64,000 nucleotides of DNA from a bacterium (GTDB lineage: Bacteria > Electryoneota > Electryoneia > Electryoneales > Electryoneaceae), in the NCBI GenBank assembly GCA_020444425.1, contig JAHLLB010000001.1, positions 266,938 to 330,937 of the forward strand, in the 5' to 3' direction. The position numbers and the translations under genes are program-made. Below the pieces are notes generated by a model. The model saw only the letters and a program-made list of their open reading frames with translations, was not told the origin of the DNA and did not search any database. Positions 1 through 9,125 of this stretch are shown in pieces (within the stretch, counting starts at the first letter, position 1; each line of letters begins with the position of its first letter).

Positions 1-484
1 AATTAGCCCTATTTTCATTGAAAACTTACCCTTTTCTTCATGTTTAAGCCAATAATGTCCATCGTTGCCTAAAGATCGTTCTCTATCAAAATATTCGTAA
101 TATATCACCTCGTATCTCATTCCACCTGCAACAAAAATATAAGCATTATTGTCTATCGCTTTCGTCAAACCAATAGAACCGCCGATAGTTTCCACCTCTG
201 TATCCCCCCGTACATCATTATAAGTATCGTCAATATAATCCTCATTCAATTTTTCGTAATAGTTGCCTTTGCTAGTAATTGCCGCATATCTTCCATTCAC
301 ACTTGCATACAGTCCTAATTTTCTCGGATGCAAGCTGGAAAAATAGATACCAAACGGCATTGTATTTAAAACCGTTTCAAACCCGAATATGTATTTTATT
401 GTTGGTTCAATCTTTTCTTCGGCACCCAAACAATTGTAAACGTGAGTAAAAACAAGAAATAGAACTATCAGCAGAACTTTCATT
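1..484 (-). CDS. Hypothetical secreted protein, 5' part only (start codon 484-482; gene runs off the window start). Anomalously low GC.
   Basis: Reverse-strand reading from ATG at 484 gives MKVLLIVLFLVFTHVYNCLGAEEKIEPT..., a signal-peptide-like N-terminus. The complement of GGGGGAGGAA at 485-496 is a strong SD. The frame stays open to the window edge. GC is about 35% against >60% elsewhere. Not in the ORF track because it is open-ended. Confidence 0.45.
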
Positions 485-501
485 TCCTCCCCCACATTGC
501 A

Positions 502-1413
502 TCACTCCACGTGCTCAGGGCGTGTTTTCCAGCGTCTGTGCAGCCACAGCCATTGTTCAGGATGGCGGCGAATATAGCTTTCCAGGGTGCGGGTGAGCTC
601 GGCGGTCAGCTCCACGATGTCTCGCTCACGTTCACCGGTGTTCGGAATCTCGACTTCGCGGAAGCGGAAATGGATGCGCCCGTCCTTTTCGCGCCAGCTC
701 TCGAACGCCAGCACTGTCGGCCGCCGCTTGACCGCGAAGGTTGCCACACCACGGAAGGTGGACGCCTGCCGTCCGAAGAACGGAACGAAGACACCGTCCC
801 GGCGTGCGTCCTGATCCATCAGCATCGCGACGATGCGTTTGCGTTTCAGCGCTTCCAACACGCCACGGCCGGCGTCGGTGCGTTTCACAATCTCGATCCC
901 CGCCGCGCGGCGATGGTGGTCGATCAGCTCCTCGATCAGCGGGTTCGACTGTTGCGCGACGACGTACGTGGTGGGATAGCCTTTCCACGCCGCCCACGCA
1001 CCAACCAACTCCCAGTTGCCCAGGTGTCCGCTGACCACGATGCCGCCATGCTCATCGTCCGCAGCCTTCTGGAGGGCGGCAATACTCTCGTCGTCGGTGG
1101 AAACCCACTTGTCGAACGACCCGTCAACCAGCACCGGGATGCGTGCCAGCTCCCCCGCGACGGCGCCGAAATGCGAATACACCTGCCGCACAGTCTTTTT
1201 GCGCCACTCAGGTGTGCTGTCCGGGAAGGCATGCTGCAAATTGTCGAGTGCAACCTCGACGCGGATGTGCAGCAGGTCATGAATCAGGGTGGCGAGGATG
1301 CTGCCCAGGCGTTGCGTGGAACGATGCGGCAGTGCGCGGAAGACAGTCGCGACGAGTTTCGCGGCTGTTTCCTCGAGAATCATCAGCCAACGTGGTTTCT
1401 TGTGACGGCCCAT
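502..1413 (-). CDS. Lysophospholipid/lipid A biosynthesis acyltransferase (LpxL/HtrB-like LPLAT family)
   Basis: 303-aa ORF. Carries the H(X)4(D/E) acyltransferase motif (SGHLGNWELVG) and overall LpxL-like layout. High GC3. Confidence 0.65.
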   Translation of the reverse strand: MGRHKKPRWLMILEETAAKLVATVFRALPHRSTQRLGSILATLIHDLLHIRVEVALDNLQHAFPDSTPEWRKKTVRQVYSHFGAVAGELARIPVLVDGSFDKWVSTDDESIAALQKAADDEHGGIVVSGHLGNWELVGAWAAWKGYPTTYVVAQQSNPLIEELIDHHRRAAGIEIVKRTDAGRGVLEALKRKRIVAMLMDQDARRDGVFVPFFGRQASTFRGVATFAVKRRPTVLAFESWREKDGRIHFRFREVEIPNTGERERDIVELTAELTRTLESYIRRHPEQWLWLHRRWKTRPEHVE

Positions 1414-1569
1414 GCGCGTATACTGTCATCTGGTAGATGGTCGTGGCAAGGCAGAACGTAGCAAACGAAGAAGCGGTGGAACTCCTCCCGGGAGCCAACG
1501 GTGCAACGGTGGGAGTTCGACACAACACGCGCAATCAGGCAGGATTCACCCTCACGAACAGACCCGTCC

Positions 1570-3615
1570 ATGAGCCCTCGTGCTATTTTACATCGTGGTT
1601 TGCCGCTGCTGCTGGTCATCGTGCTGGCGGCTTCAATCTTCGCGCAAACTCCGCAACAGCGCAGAAATTCCAACGCACCGCAGAGTTCGCAGCCGGACTC
1701 CCTGCTGTGGCAGACGAAACCGGAAACGCTGCGCATTGACCGCACGTTGCAGCCGGAGCCCATCCGTCCCAATTTTAATCCGTTCCAGAACGTCGAGCAG
1801 AGTACCGAAGAAGCGGCGCAACGGCGGCAATTGTCGCAGCTGAACAATGCCGCACGGCAGTTCGAGTTCATGGGACAGCACGAACGCGCACTCGACATGT
1901 ACCAGCGGATGTACGATATCGATCCGGACAGCCGGCAGGCGTACGACGGCCTGAAACGCACTCTTGGCGCGCTCGGCCAGTGGGACACGTTGGAACTGCT
2001 GATCCGCGAACGGATGGTGAATCCGTCCGGCTGGAGCGACCGTGCCAGCTTGCTCGCGGAACTGGGCGGAGCGTTGTACAAGTCCGGGCAGATGGCGCGT
2101 GCGGACTCGGCATGGGATGCGGCATTAAGCGAATCGCCGGTCTCTGAGCGCAATTACCAGGAAGTCGCGGGTGTGCAACTGAGGCTGCGGCTGATGGAAG
2201 AAGCGATCGACACCTACAAGCTGGGCCGCGAGGATCTTAATCGTCCGACCCTCTACGCCATCAACCTTGCCAGCCTCTACACCGGCATCATGAACTGGAA
2301 GGACGCAACCAGCGAATTCCTGCTCGTTCTGAGGGAGAACGACCGCCGGGTACACTATGTCCGGCGTGGATTGGCCAATTATCCGGACACTCCCGCCGCC
2401 AACGAAGCGGTGATCGAGGGCATCGAGGACGAACTGGACGCGACTCGCAGAAGTGAACCGTGGCCGGGGCACCGTGCGCAATTGCACGAGCTGCTGGTTG
2501 ATCAACGCACCAAGAACGGGCAATACGAGGAAGCTCTGGAAGCGGTCGCGGAACTGGACAATCTGGTCAGTGCGCACGGCGACCGGTTGCTGCGTTTCGC
2601 GGCGGATGCGATCAATGAAGGCTACGAGGATGTTGCCGAGCAGGCGCTGGACATCGCGGCGGAGCGATTGCGTGATCCGGAAGGTGCAGACGTTGTCAAC
2701 CTGATGCGCGCCCAGGTTGCGCAGGTGGAAGAGAATTTCCAGCGCGCGGATTCGTTGTTCACCGTGGTACTCGACCAGCCGGCATCCGCACGTGTCGAAC
2801 GGTCGGCGTTGATGAGCCGTGGGCTGGTCCGGTTGCAGTTCCTCGATCAGGCGAAGGACGCGGCAAAGGATTTCCGTGGTGTGCGCACTCTCGGCTGGCC
2901 CGACTACGACCGCCGGCTGGATTATTACGAAGCGATTGCGCTGGTGCGGATTGACAGCTTGGATGCCGCTTTGATCCCCCTCGAGCGTCCGCTACAACGG
3001 GAACGGCCCGAGAGTGACACCCATGTTGGCTTTGAAACCGAGCAAGGTGTGATCACCGATGCCGACCTGACCCATCTCGCCGCGCGGATCATGCTGTGGC
3101 AGGGTGACAAGGAAGCCGCGTCCACGTTGCTGGATTCGGTGTTGAGCCCACCGGTCGGGGCGTCCGCAGAGAACGAGACGTTACTCCTGCTGCAATTGCT
3201 GACAACAACGCAGGACACAACCGCGCTGGACCTGTACGCCGAGGCCGATCACGCCGGGTTCAAGGGGGATACAGCGCGGGCGTTGACATTGCTCGATTCA
3301 CTGGCTCAGAACGCGGAAACGCCGGAGATGCTGCGCGTCGAAGCGGGCTACAACGCGGCGCTGCTGCGTCTCGATGGCGGTGACACGCAGGCCGTGGTCG
3401 ATTTCGCCAACGCCAACCCGGGCCACCCGAAGGTCGAGGAGGCATGGTACCTGCTCGGGCAGTGGTGGGAAGCGCAAGGCAACGCGAACGAAGCCTCCAT
3501 CGCTTACGAGATGGTGCTGCTTGATTTTCCGGACGGTCTGCTGCAGGCGTTGGCACGACTGCGACTGGAGGAACTGACGCTACAGGAGTTTCTCCCCGAA
3601 CCGGCGGAGGGGTGA
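1570..3615 (+). CDS. Secreted TPR-repeat protein
   Basis: ORF 1501..3615. The likely start is the internal ATG at 1570 (MSPRAILHRGLPLLLVIVLAASIFAQ is a signal peptide). Alpha-helical repeat composition (A/L/E/R-rich, periodic W/Y/G) is typical of TPR proteins. Confidence 0.55.
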   Translation: MSPRAILHRGLPLLLVIVLAASIFAQTPQQRRNSNAPQSSQPDSLLWQTKPETLRIDRTLQPEPIRPNFNPFQNVEQSTEEAAQRRQLSQLNNAARQFEFMGQHERALDMYQRMYDIDPDSRQAYDGLKRTLGALGQWDTLELLIRERMVNPSGWSDRASLLAELGGALYKSGQMARADSAWDAALSESPVSERNYQEVAGVQLRLRLMEEAIDTYKLGREDLNRPTLYAINLASLYTGIMNWKDATSEFLLVLRENDRRVHYVRRGLANYPDTPAANEAVIEGIEDELDATRRSEPWPGHRAQLHELLVDQRTKNGQYEEALEAVAELDNLVSAHGDRLLRFAADAINEGYEDVAEQALDIAAERLRDPEGADVVNLMRAQVAQVEENFQRADSLFTVVLDQPASARVERSALMSRGLVRLQFLDQAKDAAKDFRGVRTLGWPDYDRRLDYYEAIALVRIDSLDAALIPLERPLQRERPESDTHVGFETEQGVITDADLTHLAARIMLWQGDKEAASTLLDSVLSPPVGASAENETLLLLQLLTTTQDTTALDLYAEADHAGFKGDTARALTLLDSLAQNAETPEMLRVEAGYNAALLRLDGGDTQAVVDFANANPGHPKVEEAWYLLGQWWEAQGNANEASIAYEMVLLDFPDGLLQALARLRLEELTLQEFLPEPAEG

Positions 3616-3869
3616 GGCGGCAAGCGGTATACGGTTGTCGGTAGGTGGTTGTCCGTGATCGGTGAACGGTTGATGATAGATGAAATACGATGTCGCCCGG
3701 GCTGAAGCCCAAGGGCGTGTGTGCTGTGGGTTCCTGACTTACGGACAATCCCGGGCTGAAGCCCGAGGGCAAGAATAGATACCCCAGAAGCGATGTTCTC
3801 CAGATAGCGATGTGCTCCGGATTGGTATGTGCCCCTGATGGCTTTGCCAGCAGGGATTATCCGCACAGA

Positions 3870-4760
3870 TGTCCCCCGCGCAGGAAAGGGGACATGTGAA
3901 CGGATTCATGTCCTCAATTCGAGTGGGTCTGCTGAAGAGATTATAGTCCTTTTCCGATGTGTGGCGCGTCAAGCCGTTCACTTGTCCCCGTCTGGATTGA
4001 GCTGACAGGGGGACAACTGTGGCACAAACCGGTCCCCACACCCTATCCACCCCCGCTATCGACTTGGTCACTCAGATGTCCCCCGCGCAGGAAAGGGGAC
4101 ATGTGAACGGATACATGTCCTTAATTCGAGTGAGTCTGCTGTAGAGATTGTAGTCCTTTTTGCGATGTGTGGCGCGTCAAGCCGTTCACTTGTCCCCGTC
4201 TGGATTGAGCTGACAGGGGGACAACTGTGGCACAAACCGGTCCCCACACCCTATCCACCCCTCAATCGACTTGGTCACTCACACCGATCCGACAGCATCC
4301 AATGCCACAGATGTCCCCCGCGCAGGAAAGGGGACATGTGAACGGATACACGACCTTAATTCGAGTGAGTCTGCTGTAGAGATTGTAGTCCTTTTTGCGA
4401 TGTGTGGTGCGTCAAGCCGTTCACTTGTCCCCGTCTGGATTGAGCTGACAGGGGGACAACTGTGGCACAAACCGGTCCCCACACCCTATCCACCCCCGCT
4501 ATCGACTTGGTCACTCAGATGTCCCCCGCGCAGGAAAGGGGACATGTGAACGGATACATGTCCTTAATTCGAGTGAGTCTGCTGTAGAGATTGTAGTCCT
4601 TTTTGCGATGTGTGGCGCGTCAAGCCGTTCACTTGTCCCCGTCTGGATTGAGCTGACAGGGGGACAACTGTGGCACAAACCGGTCCCCACACCCTATCCA
4701 CCCCTCAATCGACTTGGTCACTCACACCGATCCGACAGCATCCAATGCCACAGATGTCCC
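3870..4760. repeat. Tandem array: two ~440-bp copies, each of two related subunits (~207 and ~237 bp), so four units at about 3875, 4074, 4311 and 4518. Each unit holds several perfect hairpins.
   Basis: Direct reading shows near-identical copies of ATGTCCCCCGCGCAGGAAAGGGGACATGTGAACGGATACATGTCC...TTGTCCCCGTCTGGATTGAGCTGACAGGGGGACAACTGTGGCACAAACCGGTCCCC. Three hairpins are evident: ATGTCCCC/GGGGACAT, GGACATGT/ACATGTCC and TTGTCCCC/GGGGACAA. The two subunit types alternate and end CCCCGCTATCGACTTGGTCACTCAG versus CCTCAATCGACTTGGTCACTCACACCGATCCGACAGCATCCAATGCCACAG. Confidence 0.85.
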
Positions 4761-4767
4761 TCGACAG

Positions 4768-4800
4768 TAAAAAGCCCGGCATCACATGGATGCCGGGCTG
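4768..4800 (-). terminator. Rho-independent terminator for the 4866..6527 gene
   Basis: AAAAGCCCGGCATC-ACATG-GATGCCGGGCT. On the minus strand this reads as a GC-rich 10-bp stem followed by a T-run. It lies 65 nt downstream of the stop. Confidence 0.55.
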
Positions 4801-4865
4801 GATGTCTTACTGAGTACTGCGCACTGACCACTGATCACTGACAACTGAGTACTGGCAACTGTCCC

Positions 4866-6527
4866 TTACCGCACCAGCATAACCTTCTGCGTGGCGTTCA
4901 GCTTGCCCGGAACGGTCGCACGGACGAAGTACAGGCCGCTCGCCAGGTTGTGCGCGTCGAACGTCAGCTTGTGCTCACCGGCGGTGTAGCGGCCGTTCGC
5001 CAGCTCGGTCACCAGCTGTCCGGTCACGTTGTACACCTGCACCTTGAGATCCGAAGCTTCCGGCAACGCGACGGCCACGGTGGTCGACGGGTTGAACGGG
5101 TTCGGGTACGCGCTTCCGATCGCAAATTCGGTCGGCAGGCTGACGAGCTCGCCGTTGGCATCAGCAGCCAATTCCGCGAAACGATCCGCGCCCGTGGCTG
5201 TCCAGTCTTCCGGGTTGAAGTCAAACTCGGCGTCCGAGGTCGGACCTTCCTTGAGGACATAGAACTGGTCCGTCATCTGGAAGCTCGGGTTGGTGTACGA
5301 TCCGACGTACGCCGTGAACCAGTAGCCACCGCCCGGCGCGAGATCCGGGAAGTACTGGGTCATATCCAGCACCTCAAAGTTGAACATCGCGGGGATGGTG
5401 AAGTTGATCCTGCTGACTGGACCAAACAGCTGGCCGTTCGGGAACAGGATCTCGGTCCAGTACGAACCATTCGGGAACGGCTGCGCGATCTGACCGGTGA
5501 AGTACACGTCATAGACCACATCACCGCCGCCTGCAGGCACCACCGAAGTCTGCGGAATCAGGTTGAAGATGATGCCTTCCGGATCGGTATCCGCGAGCAC
5601 GCCGACATTATCCACACCAGCGTACCAGCCCCAGCTGCCGAGGTCATCGTAGTACCAGCTGAACATGACCGCGTCTGCGCCGAAAACGTCGTCGGTCACA
5701 TCAAACGAGGCGGTCAGGTTGCCACCGGTATCGCCGTCGACGGTGAAGATGACGGTCCAGTTCGCACCGGAATCCAGCGACCACGCTGTTTCCATCATTT
5801 CGGTTTCGTATTCCTGGAAGTAGTACTCATAGCTGAGCACAACCCCGGCGGCGTCGGTGATGTCCACATCCGGCGTCAGCAACCGCTCCATCAGGTGCAC
5901 GCTGCTGCCCGGGTAGTCGGAGTCAACGAGCATGTACGGCGTCGAGAACAAACCACGGGAATTCGGGATCGTGCCATCATCGACCGTCCAGGTGCCCGAC
6001 GCAACCGTCGTTTCCACCGCCCAGTCCGTCGGGAAACCGTCGTCGAAATCTTCCAGCAACGCCCAGTCCGCCGGATCGAACCAGATCATGGTCACCGGGC
6101 CGGCCGGGGTCGATTCACCGTCCGTGTAGTATGCGGTCACTTCGTAGTCGTAGGAACCGTAGTCCGGCAGCAGGTCGAAGTAAGTTTCGTCCGTTGCGGC
6201 ACCGATGAATTCACCTTCACGGTAAACGCGGTATTCGACGAACTCTTCGAGATCGTCCGTGTTGTTCCACTGCTGCATCGCCTGATTCCAGAGACGCGGG
6301 TCGATCCGGAAACGCGGGGTGCGCTTCTGATCGTCAGCCGTGTCGACTTCCGGTTCAAACACATTCTGCTGCAGCACGGCATCCGTGGCGACAGGAGCCG
6401 ACCATGTCAGCGTGACGCCACCGGTATTCTGATCAATTGTTCCGGACAGATTGGTCGGCGGGTTCTGCGCGAACGCAGGCGCGACACACAGTGCCAGCAG
6501 CAACAACCCCAACATCGTTTTTTTCAT
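4866..6527 (-). CDS. T9SS C-terminal-domain secreted protein with Fn3-like N-terminal domain
   Basis: Signal peptide MKKTMLGLLLLALCVAPAFAQ. Fn3-like segment (GVTLTWSAPV...YRVYREGEFIGAATDETYFDLLPDYGSYDYEVTAYY). C-terminus YPNPFNPSTT...[23 protein letters not shown] is a T9SS type A sorting domain. Confidence 0.75.
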   Translation of the reverse strand: MKKTMLGLLLLALCVAPAFAQNPPTNLSGTIDQNTGGVTLTWSAPVATDAVLQQNVFEPEVDTADDQKRTPRFRIDPRLWNQAMQQWNNTDDLEEFVEYRVYREGEFIGAATDETYFDLLPDYGSYDYEVTAYYTDGESTPAGPVTMIWFDPADWALLEDFDDGFPTDWAVETTVASGTWTVDDGTIPNSRGLFSTPYMLVDSDYPGSSVHLMERLLTPDVDITDAAGVVLSYEYYFQEYETEMMETAWSLDSGANWTVIFTVDGDTGGNLTASFDVTDDVFGADAVMFSWYYDDLGSWGWYAGVDNVGVLADTDPEGIIFNLIPQTSVVPAGGGDVVYDVYFTGQIAQPFPNGSYWTEILFPNGQLFGPVSRINFTIPAMFNFEVLDMTQYFPDLAPGGGYWFTAYVGSYTNPSFQMTDQFYVLKEGPTSDAEFDFNPEDWTATGADRFAELAADANGELVSLPTEFAIGSAYPNPFNPSTTVAVALPEASDLKVQVYNVTGQLVTELANGRYTAGEHKLTFDAHNLASGLYFVRATVPGKLNATQKVMLVR

Positions 6528-6740
6528 CCTGTGCTCCCTCCCAGCTTGTCACGGGCGCCATCTGATTGGACAACAGCGGGACCGTGCTATGTCAACGTTA
6601 CATGTGTGTGCGATCTGAATCGGTACGACAACCAGAGGTGAGGACAGAGCTCGCCCCCGTTCATTTCCGACGTGTAAATATACCGCATCTGCAGTGCGAT
6701 AAAAACCTGGAATTCGAATTCTCTGAAATTCTCTCAGTAC

Positions 6741-6768
6741 AAAAGGCCGGGCTCCGAGGCCCGGCCTG
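6741..6768 (-). terminator. Rho-independent terminator for the 6802..8637 gene
   Basis: AAAAGGCCGGGCTCCGAGGCCCGGCC: an 8-bp GC stem preceded by A4 on the plus strand, which is a T-run after the hairpin on the minus strand. Confidence 0.55.
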
Positions 6769-6801
6769 TGATAGGATCAATCGAAATGTAACAGCCCGTG
6801 A

Positions 6802-8637
6802 TTAGCGGACGAGCATCACTTTCTGGGTCGCGTTCAACTGGCCCGGGACCATCGCGCGGATGAAATACAGCCCGCTGGCGAGGTTGGACGCGTCAAACGT
6901 CAGGTTGTGCTGACCGGCGCCGAACTGGCCGTTCGCGATCTCGGCCACCTGCTGCCCGGCGACATTGTACGCAACAACCGTCAGGTCCGCCGTTTCCGGC
7001 AACGCGATGTTGAGCGTCGTCGTCGGGTTGAACGGGTTCGGGTAGGCTGCGTTCAGAGCATATTCGCTCGGCAGCGTTTCGTTGCTGCTCAGGTCGGCCG
7101 TTTCGCTGGCGACCGGCCTGGCGACCCATTCGTATCCGTTCAGCGGGAAGATATCGCCGCTGATGTCCGCGTTCTGAGCGGGCACCACTTCAAACTCGAA
7201 GCAGTCGGTCACATACTCGTTGGCGACATCAACACCAACGCAGAGGGTAAAGAATCCCGGAGGTGCGCCGTTCACAGCCTGGTTCAGGGTGAGGTCGAAA
7301 ATGTTGCCGGAAACGTACGTGAACTGCTCCTTGCTGATGTTGTATTCACGGCCGTTCTGCAGGATCGCGTAGATCCAATACTGCGCAAGCAGGTTGCCGG
7401 TCGTGTTGGTCGCGGTGAAGTACAGGTCGTAGTCGAACGTGCCACCCTGCGGAACCTGCAGCGGGTCCGCGGACGGGGTCAGGTCGAGAACGAGACCGTA
7501 CACCGAGCTGTTCATGTCCCAGAAACCGACACGGGCCGCGTAGTGCGCCACACCGACCAGTTCAATGTCGTCATCCATGTCGATGTTCGCCGCAGCAACC
7601 GCGCTCGCGCCGTTGTACAGGATCGAGATGACATGCTTCTGGTAGTTGTGATCGCCGAGGTTTTCCCACCAAGCGACTTCGTCGTCACCCAGCGCTGCGC
7701 CGTAGATGTCCAGGTCGCCGTCACCGTCCATGTCCGCCACGCCGATATCCATTACGCCGTAGAAGCCCCAGGAGATGTCGATACGGTCCCAGCTTGAACC
7801 AGTGCCGCTGAAGTTTTCGAACACCGATACGGTGCTGCCGTCGCCAACATCACCACAGGCGACGAGGTCCAGGTCGCCGTCGCCGTTCAGGTCGCCGACG
7901 TCGATAGCCTTAGGATGCTCGTAGTTGTTCCCAACGGAGAAGTGCTGCCAGTTGGTGCCGTTGCTGCCGATGGACAAATCGTTCCACCAGGCGATTCCGT
8001 TGGCACGCGCGCTGACGATGTCCGTCCGGCCGTCACCGTTGAAGTCACCCTTGGCAATGCCGACACGCTGGAATTCGTTGAAATCGGCGTCGGTACGGTT
8101 CCAGTACGAGACACCGTCGCCCGGATTACGGAACCAGCCGATCTGGGAACCGGCAATCGCGGCGTCGAGGTCGCCGTCGCTGTCCATGTCGAACAGTTCG
8201 ATCTGCCACGGCATCCCCATGTTGCCCTGGGCCTGGTCGCTGATCACGTGATCGGTCCACACGGACGCGTCGCCGTTGTCGTTGGACAACCAGCCGGCGC
8301 GATGATCGGCCGGACCGTAGCCCTCACGGGCGTAGGCGATGTCGATGTTGCCGTCGGCGTCGATGTCGTCGAGATCGACACGCACGAGACCCGGCATGTT
8401 GGTCAGGATGTCATGCTGGGTGTACTGCGCGTCACCATCATTTTCCCACCAGCTCAATGTGCCGCCGTAATACGTGGTGGTCACGAGATCCGGGAAGGTG
8501 TCACCATTGAGGTCGGCCACCTGTACGTCAATCGGGCCGTCCATGTTGTTTCCTACCGCCATATACCCCCAGTCCTGCGCGGACGCGATGGACGCGACCA
8601 GCAGCAAGGGCAGGCAAAACGCGACTACTTTTTTCAT
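6802..8637 (-). CDS. FG-GAP/VCBS-repeat beta-propeller protein with T9SS C-terminal sorting domain
   Basis: ORF 6802..8844. The likely start is ATG at 8637 (MKKVVAFCLPLLLVASIASAQ signal peptide, GGAGGA SD). Repeated DxNGDGxxD(I/L)V motifs (DLNGDGDLDLVACGD, DFNGDGRTDIVSA, DMDGDGDLDIYGA). C-terminal YPNPFNPTTT...GLYFIRAMVPGQLNATQKVMLVR. Confidence 0.75.
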   Translation of the reverse strand: MKKVVAFCLPLLLVASIASAQDWGYMAVGNNMDGPIDVQVADLNGDTFPDLVTTTYYGGTLSWWENDGDAQYTQHDILTNMPGLVRVDLDDIDADGNIDIAYAREGYGPADHRAGWLSNDNGDASVWTDHVISDQAQGNMGMPWQIELFDMDSDGDLDAAIAGSQIGWFRNPGDGVSYWNRTDADFNEFQRVGIAKGDFNGDGRTDIVSARANGIAWWNDLSIGSNGTNWQHFSVGNNYEHPKAIDVGDLNGDGDLDLVACGDVGDGSTVSVFENFSGTGSSWDRIDISWGFYGVMDIGVADMDGDGDLDIYGAALGDDEVAWWENLGDHNYQKHVISILYNGASAVAAANIDMDDDIELVGVAHYAARVGFWDMNSSVYGLVLDLTPSADPLQVPQGGTFDYDLYFTATNTTGNLLAQYWIYAILQNGREYNISKEQFTYVSGNIFDLTLNQAVNGAPPGFFTLCVGVDVANEYVTDCFEFEVVPAQNADISGDIFPLNGYEWVARPVASETADLSSNETLPSEYALNAAYPNPFNPTTTLNIALPETADLTVVAYNVAGQQVAEIANGQFGAGQHNLTFDASNLASGLYFIRAMVPGQLNATQKVMLVR

Positions 8638-8963
8638 TGCGATCCTCCATGACTGTGAAAAAGCCGGCAGCAGCCCGCAACAGGCTGGACCGGTGGATGT
8701 ACGTGTTTCGGCAAAGATGCGCGAATTTGTTTGAAAGCTACCCCTCTCTCGACTCCAAAGTTCCAACCGGAGTCCCCGAGAGTCAGGCAAACCTAACTTC
8801 GAAATGTTTCCGCACCATGCAGGCTGTGTGGTGAACAAGTACACGGGGGATGTACGAATCCTCTCTTACAACGACAGGGTGTGAAAACGGCTGGTAGTTT
8901 ATGATTCTTTCATCATACTTATGATACTCCTGTTTGTGATAGAATTTGTAGAAATTCGCCGTT

Positions 8964-8979
8964 TGTGACCTGTGTCACA
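8964..8979. promoter_or_regulatory. Perfect CRP/FNR-type palindrome TGTGA-N6-TCACA in the AT-rich promoter region upstream of the FG-GAP gene
   Basis: TGTGACCTGTGTCACA read directly. It matches the TGTGAnnnnnnTCACA consensus exactly. It sits in the 488-bp intergenic region (8638-9125), about 330 bp upstream of the 8637 start codon, in locally AT-rich sequence. Confidence 0.35.
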
Positions 8980-9125
8980 GCGGCTCCCGCCAAAGCGGGG
9001 TTGGGTTCTTACCCGTGTCGATATGGCCTGATTTCGGGCTCAATTTCGCAGGCGCTAGTAGTAACTACAACCGGCATTTAGTTGTTGTCAACGGACACGG
9101 GTGGAGCATGCGAGATTTTTGGGGT

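Noticed and set aside
3870-4760. Possible CRISPR array
   Set aside because: Units are 207-237 bp with no unique spacers. The repeats are internally structured and alternate between two classes. No cas genes nearby.
4271-4841. ORFs 4271..4549(+) and 4608..4841(+)
   Set aside because: They lie entirely inside the tandem repeat units and are duplicated with them. No start context.
4950-6641. 563-aa plus-strand ORF, and similar long ORFs 6907..7797(+), 7915..8652(+), 11639..12415(+), 17036..17920(+)
   Set aside because: Each is antisense to a minus-strand gene with strong family motifs (T9SS CTD, FG-GAP, C10). Their products are Arg/Val/Gly-rich low-complexity sequences typical of high-GC antisense frames, with no start context.
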